32,282 nt of DNA from an uncultured Gammaproteobacteria bacterium. GTDB lineage: Bacteria > Patescibacteriota > Patescibacteriia > Magasanikbacterales > UBA922. The notes beneath the pieces were generated by a model. The model was not told the DNA's origin and did not search any database. It saw only the letters and a program-made list of their open reading frames with translations. Of the stretch, positions 30,190 to 32,282 are shown in pieces; within the stretch, counting starts at the first letter, position 1; every line of letters starts with the position of its first letter. The stretch covers positions 1 to 32,282 of the forward strand of contig CAZHEJ010000004.1 in NCBI GenBank assembly GCA_964531615.1. Reading direction: 5' to 3'. A program made the translations under genes and the position numbers.

Positions 30190-30858
30190 TTAATATTTGT
30201 CTAATAATATCCTCTCAATCTCCTCATCCACCCTGTCAATATTCACCTCTCCGTCAACTGTGACTAATAAATTCAAATCGCGGTAATAGTCCAAAATCGG
30301 CTTGATGGCAATATTGCCCTGGTCAGCAATCCGTTTTTTGATGGTTTCAGGATTATCATCTTTGCGGATGATTAATTTTTCCTTACATTCAGGACAGCCA
30401 GCGATTTTTTCATTCTCCGGAGAATAAGGCAGGATAAAACCGCAAGCCGGGCAGACCTTGCGCTTGGTCAAACGGTTAAAACTGGTTTCATCTGATAATT
30501 TAATTTCAATCGCCATTACCTCATCAGCCAGATTTTTCTCAACAAAAAACTCCTGAATTTTTTTCGCCTGCTCTACATTGCGGATGGCGCCGTCCAAAAC
30601 CACGCCTTGGTTATTATTTAAATATTTTTCTATTTCCCTGAAAGCCAGCTTATAAATCAACTCATCAGACACTAATCTACCGGCTTTCATCTCTGCTAAT
30701 TTTTTCTTGTCTGCCGGGTCTGCTTGCAAGTCTGCGTCCAGCGCGCGCAACAAATCGCCGGTAGAAATATGGCCGTAATTATAGCGTTTTGACATCAAGC
30801 GGGCCTGCGTGCCCTTCCCAGAGCCCGGAACGCCCATCAAAATAATAATTTTTTTCAT
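30190..30858 (-). CDS. adk: Adenylate kinase (zinc-lid type)
   Basis: MKKIIILMGVPGSGKGTQARLM...GDLLR...CPACG...CPECK. Confidence 0.95.
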   Translation of the reverse strand: MKKIIILMGVPGSGKGTQARLMSKRYNYGHISTGDLLRALDADLQADPADKKKLAEMKAGRLVSDELIYKLAFREIEKYLNNNQGVVLDGAIRNVEQAKKIQEFFVEKNLADEVMAIEIKLSDETSFNRLTKRKVCPACGFILPYSPENEKIAGCPECKEKLIIRKDDNPETIKKRIADQGNIAIKPILDYYRDLNLLVTVDGEVNIDRVDEEIERILLDKY

Positions 30859-31148
30859 AAATTATTAAAATGCTCCACAAACACTTTCATCAACCCCTCT
30901 TTATCCTGCCGGCTGATTTTGTAAGTATTTTGCAAGCGCAAAAGGGTTTCGTAAATCTGCTGTAAAGAAATCTTGCCATCACTGTGCCGGCGGGCGATAA
31001 TCGCCTGCTCAACTATATTTTCATCAGATTTTCCCACGCTCAAAACATTGGCATGGGAAACCAGCTTTTTTATCTCTAATTCTGACAATTGATGCTCTTT
31101 GGTTGAATATTTGGCCGAAGAGCCGAAAATAGTGCTGAATAGACCCAT
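30855..31148 (-). CDS. Hypothetical 97-aa soluble protein
   Basis: ORF with an ATGA overlap onto adk and a promoter-like element upstream. No family recognised. Confidence 0.55.
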   Translation of the reverse strand: MGLFSTIFGSSAKYSTKEHQLSELEIKKLVSHANVLSVGKSDENIVEQAIIARRHSDGKISLQQIYETLLRLQNTYKISRQDKEGLMKVFVEHFNNL

Positions 31149-31172
31149 ACTGAATGGCTTAATTTCAAACTT

Positions 31173-31201
31173 ATTATAGCGGAAAAAAATTGATTTGGCA
31201 A
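31173..31201 (-). promoter_or_regulatory. Sigma70-like promoter for the 30855-31148/adk unit
   Basis: Minus strand: TTGCCA (31196-31201), 17 nt, TATAAT (31173-31178). Confidence 0.5.
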
Positions 31202-31218
31202 CCTTTGTATGTTATAAT
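31190..31218 (+). promoter_or_regulatory. Sigma70-like promoter for the small membrane ORF
   Basis: TTGATT (31190-31195), 17 nt, TATAAT (31213-31218). Its -35 abuts the -35 of the divergent promoter. Confidence 0.6.
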
Positions 31219-31245
31219 AAATTAAATTTTAACTGGAGGTCAGCA

Positions 31246-31611
31246 ATGAAATTATCTCAAAGAGCATCCGACTACCTTTCTGGTGATTGGTGGTTGGCCC
31301 CTTTCACTGTGGGCACTTTCTTCGCCGCCACACAAGTGGTCATGGCTCTCAATATCGGCACCGCTTTTAACACTTTCAACAACTGGTTGGGGGTCCCATA
31401 TGGGTGCTTCTCCAACATTTGGATTAACATCCAACAGTGGACGGTGTTTGGTTTGGAGATCACGTTGTTCTTTATCATTGTAGCAAGTATATGGATGGCC
31501 ATAATAGCTATCTGCCTATTTACCCCTCACCTCTTACACGCCATACCAAAACACATCAAAAAACTGCTCATTACCTCGCCAACACCAGTCACCACAATTG
31601 TTCAGCCGTAA
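31246..31611 (+). CDS. Small membrane protein (121 aa), unknown function
   Basis: Start set at the ATG preceded by GGAGG (31235-31239). Hydrophobic segments WWLAPFTVGTFFAATQVVMAL and TVFGLEITLFFIIVASIWMAIIAICLF. Several overlapping ORFs in other frames suggest atypical composition. Confidence 0.6.
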   Translation: MKLSQRASDYLSGDWWLAPFTVGTFFAATQVVMALNIGTAFNTFNNWLGVPYGCFSNIWINIQQWTVFGLEITLFFIIVASIWMAIIAICLFTPHLLHAIPKHIKKLLITSPTPVTTIVQP

Positions 31612-31619
31612 ATTCCAAA

Positions 31620-31690
31620 GGATACGGCGTCGCTCCTCGGCTCCGTATCCCCATAGCAGTAAAACTTTTACTTCTGCGGGGAGCCGAGGA
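31620..31690 (+). ncRNA. Structured 3'-UTR element, copy 1
   Basis: Small hairpin GGATACGG (31620-31627) / CCGTATCC (31643-31650), whose loop holds TCCTCGGCTCC (31634-31644). That loop sequence pairs with GGAGCCGAGGA (31680-31690). Confidence 0.4.
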
Positions 31691-31698
31691 AAATGAAA

Positions 31699-31732
31699 AC
31701 ACCCGCTCAAGAATCTGAGCGGGTGTTTTTTT
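31699..31732 (+). terminator. Strong rho-independent terminator
   Basis: ACACCCGCTCA-agaatc-TGAGCGGGTGT followed by T7. Confidence 0.8.
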
Positions 31733-31743
31733 GTTTTATATAA

Positions 31744-31772
31744 TTGACAATTTTAAAAATTTAAAATACACT
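31744..31772 (+). promoter_or_regulatory. Sigma70-like promoter for the Cys-rich small ORF
   Basis: TTGACA (31744-31749), 17 nt, TACACT (31767-31772). GGAGG at 31800-31804 precedes the ATG at 31809. Confidence 0.6.
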
Positions 31773-31808
31773 AAATGCATAATCTTTAACCTTTTAAAAG
31801 GAGGGCCA

Positions 31809-32060
31809 ATGAATAAACATACCCGAATTTACGGTCAATCTCTTTTTATCGATGGGGTATTAATAAGCTGTCTCATAATTTCAATATTGAATAATGTTCC
31901 TTTACTCATCTGTTACATCTGTGACCAATGCTGCTGTGTAACAAGTCAATCCCTAATCAATTTTGCAATAATTATTTCAATAGTGTGCATTCTTCTCCCT
32001 ATAACCATAAGAAATTATAGAAGAGCGCAAAAAAACTTAAAAGAAATTGATGGGGAATGA
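31809..32060 (+). CDS. Small Cys-rich membrane protein (83 aa), unknown function
   Basis: MNKHTRIYGQSLFIDGVLISCLIISILNNVPLLICYICDQCCCVTSQSLINFAIIISIVCILLPITI... The start was chosen by SD and promoter; the track ORF starts at 31731. Confidence 0.55.
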   Translation: MNKHTRIYGQSLFIDGVLISCLIISILNNVPLLICYICDQCCCVTSQSLINFAIIISIVCILLPITIRNYRRAQKNLKEIDGE

Positions 32061-32086
32061 CATTACAGCAACAAACCCCAAAAAAA

Positions 32087-32153
32087 GTAGGTTCGCTCCT
32101 CAGCACCTACTTGAGAGAAGTCAAAAATTGACTCTTCTCAAGTGCTGAGGAGC
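32087..32153 (+). ncRNA. Structured 3'-UTR element, copy 2
   Basis: Small hairpin GTAGGT (32087-32092) / ACCTAC (32105-32110). Long hairpin GCTCCTCAGCAC (32095-32106)-ctac-TTGAGAGAAGTC-aaaaatt-GACTCTTCTCAA-GTGCTGAGGAGC (32142-32153). Confidence 0.4.
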
Positions 32154-32165
32154 ATGAAAATTAAA

Positions 32166-32196
32166 ACACTCTGTCGCAAGACGGGGTGTTTTTTTG
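32166..32196 (+). terminator. Rho-independent terminator
   Basis: ACACTCTGTC-gcaa-GACGGGGTGT (with G-U pairs) followed by T7. Confidence 0.75.
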
Positions 32197-32202
32197 TCTG
32201 TT

Positions 32203-32282
32203 CCCTCCCCTATGAGGGGAGGGTTAGGGTGGGGTTTCGCAATTGGCCAAACCCCCTCCTGCCTCCCCCTCATAGGGGGAGG
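32203..32282. repeat. C-run/G-run palindromic elements (two copies, runs off the right edge)
   Basis: CCCTCCCC-tatga-GGGGAGGG-ttagggtggggttt (32203-32237) and CCTCCCCC-tcata-GGGGGAGG (32261-32282). Confidence 0.6.

Noticed and set aside
31694-32282. Mini-ORFs starting at ATGAAAA within the 3' structured elements (31694: MKTPAQESERVFFCFI; 32154: MKIKTLCRKTGCFF..., open to the window edge)
   Set aside because: The GAGGA sits only 1-2 nt from the ATG, too close for an SD. The reading frames run through terminator stems and T-tracts, and the second stays open only because it enters G/C-run repeats. The shared residues merely reflect shared terminator nucleotides.

Overview
AT-rich bacterial chromosome segment. 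The standard genetic code applies, since TAA, TGA and TAG all terminate conserved genes. Most of it is a dense housekeeping run: recG (5' part, runs off the left edge), a secreted coiled-coil protein, cutA, an LCP-family enzyme, der, pth, dprA, a folC-like Mur ligase, topA, a RelA/SpoT homologue, parB (split into two ORFs), parA, two metallophosphoesterases, a serine DD-carboxypeptidase, scpB/scpA, archaeal-type aspS, asnS, recO, an NRAMP-fold transporter preceded by a soluble MgtE-N/CBS protein, ruvX (yqgF), map, an NYN-domain gene, adk, and several small membrane or hypothetical ORFs. RNA genes are tRNA-Arg(GCG), tRNA-Val(CAC), tRNA-Leu(CAA) and one 5'-truncated tRNA-like fragment. Accessory content: an IS200/RAYT-type Y1 transposase bracketed by nested inverted hairpin repeats; a GIY-YIG gene wedged between tRNA sequences; an NYN cassette flanked by a 21-bp direct repeat that duplicates the start of map; and a strikingly G+C-rich hydrophobic ORF. 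I see no rRNA, no CRISPR array and no recognisable defence operon. The gene style (tight packing, archaeal-type AspRS, many tiny membrane ORFs) fits a Patescibacteria/CPR-like genome, but that is inference only. The most unusual directly visible signal is repeat invasion of coding sequence. Several short-repeat families (7-nt tandem arrays, C-run/G-run palindromes, small CCGCC/GGCGG hairpins, GTCATYCC...GGRATC hairpins) occur between genes and also in frame inside conserved genes (folC-like, topA, asnS, recO, the ruvX tail). Point substitutions sit exactly where the repeat would otherwise create an in-frame stop. Other leads: an NRAMP-fold transporter with a non-canonical metal site paired with a stand-alone MgtE sensor domain; a tRNA-punctuated operon with a conserved CTRAATTTT-ATG junction; two structurally homologous 3'-UTR RNA elements with compensatory base changes; and a split parB with an ATGA overlap.
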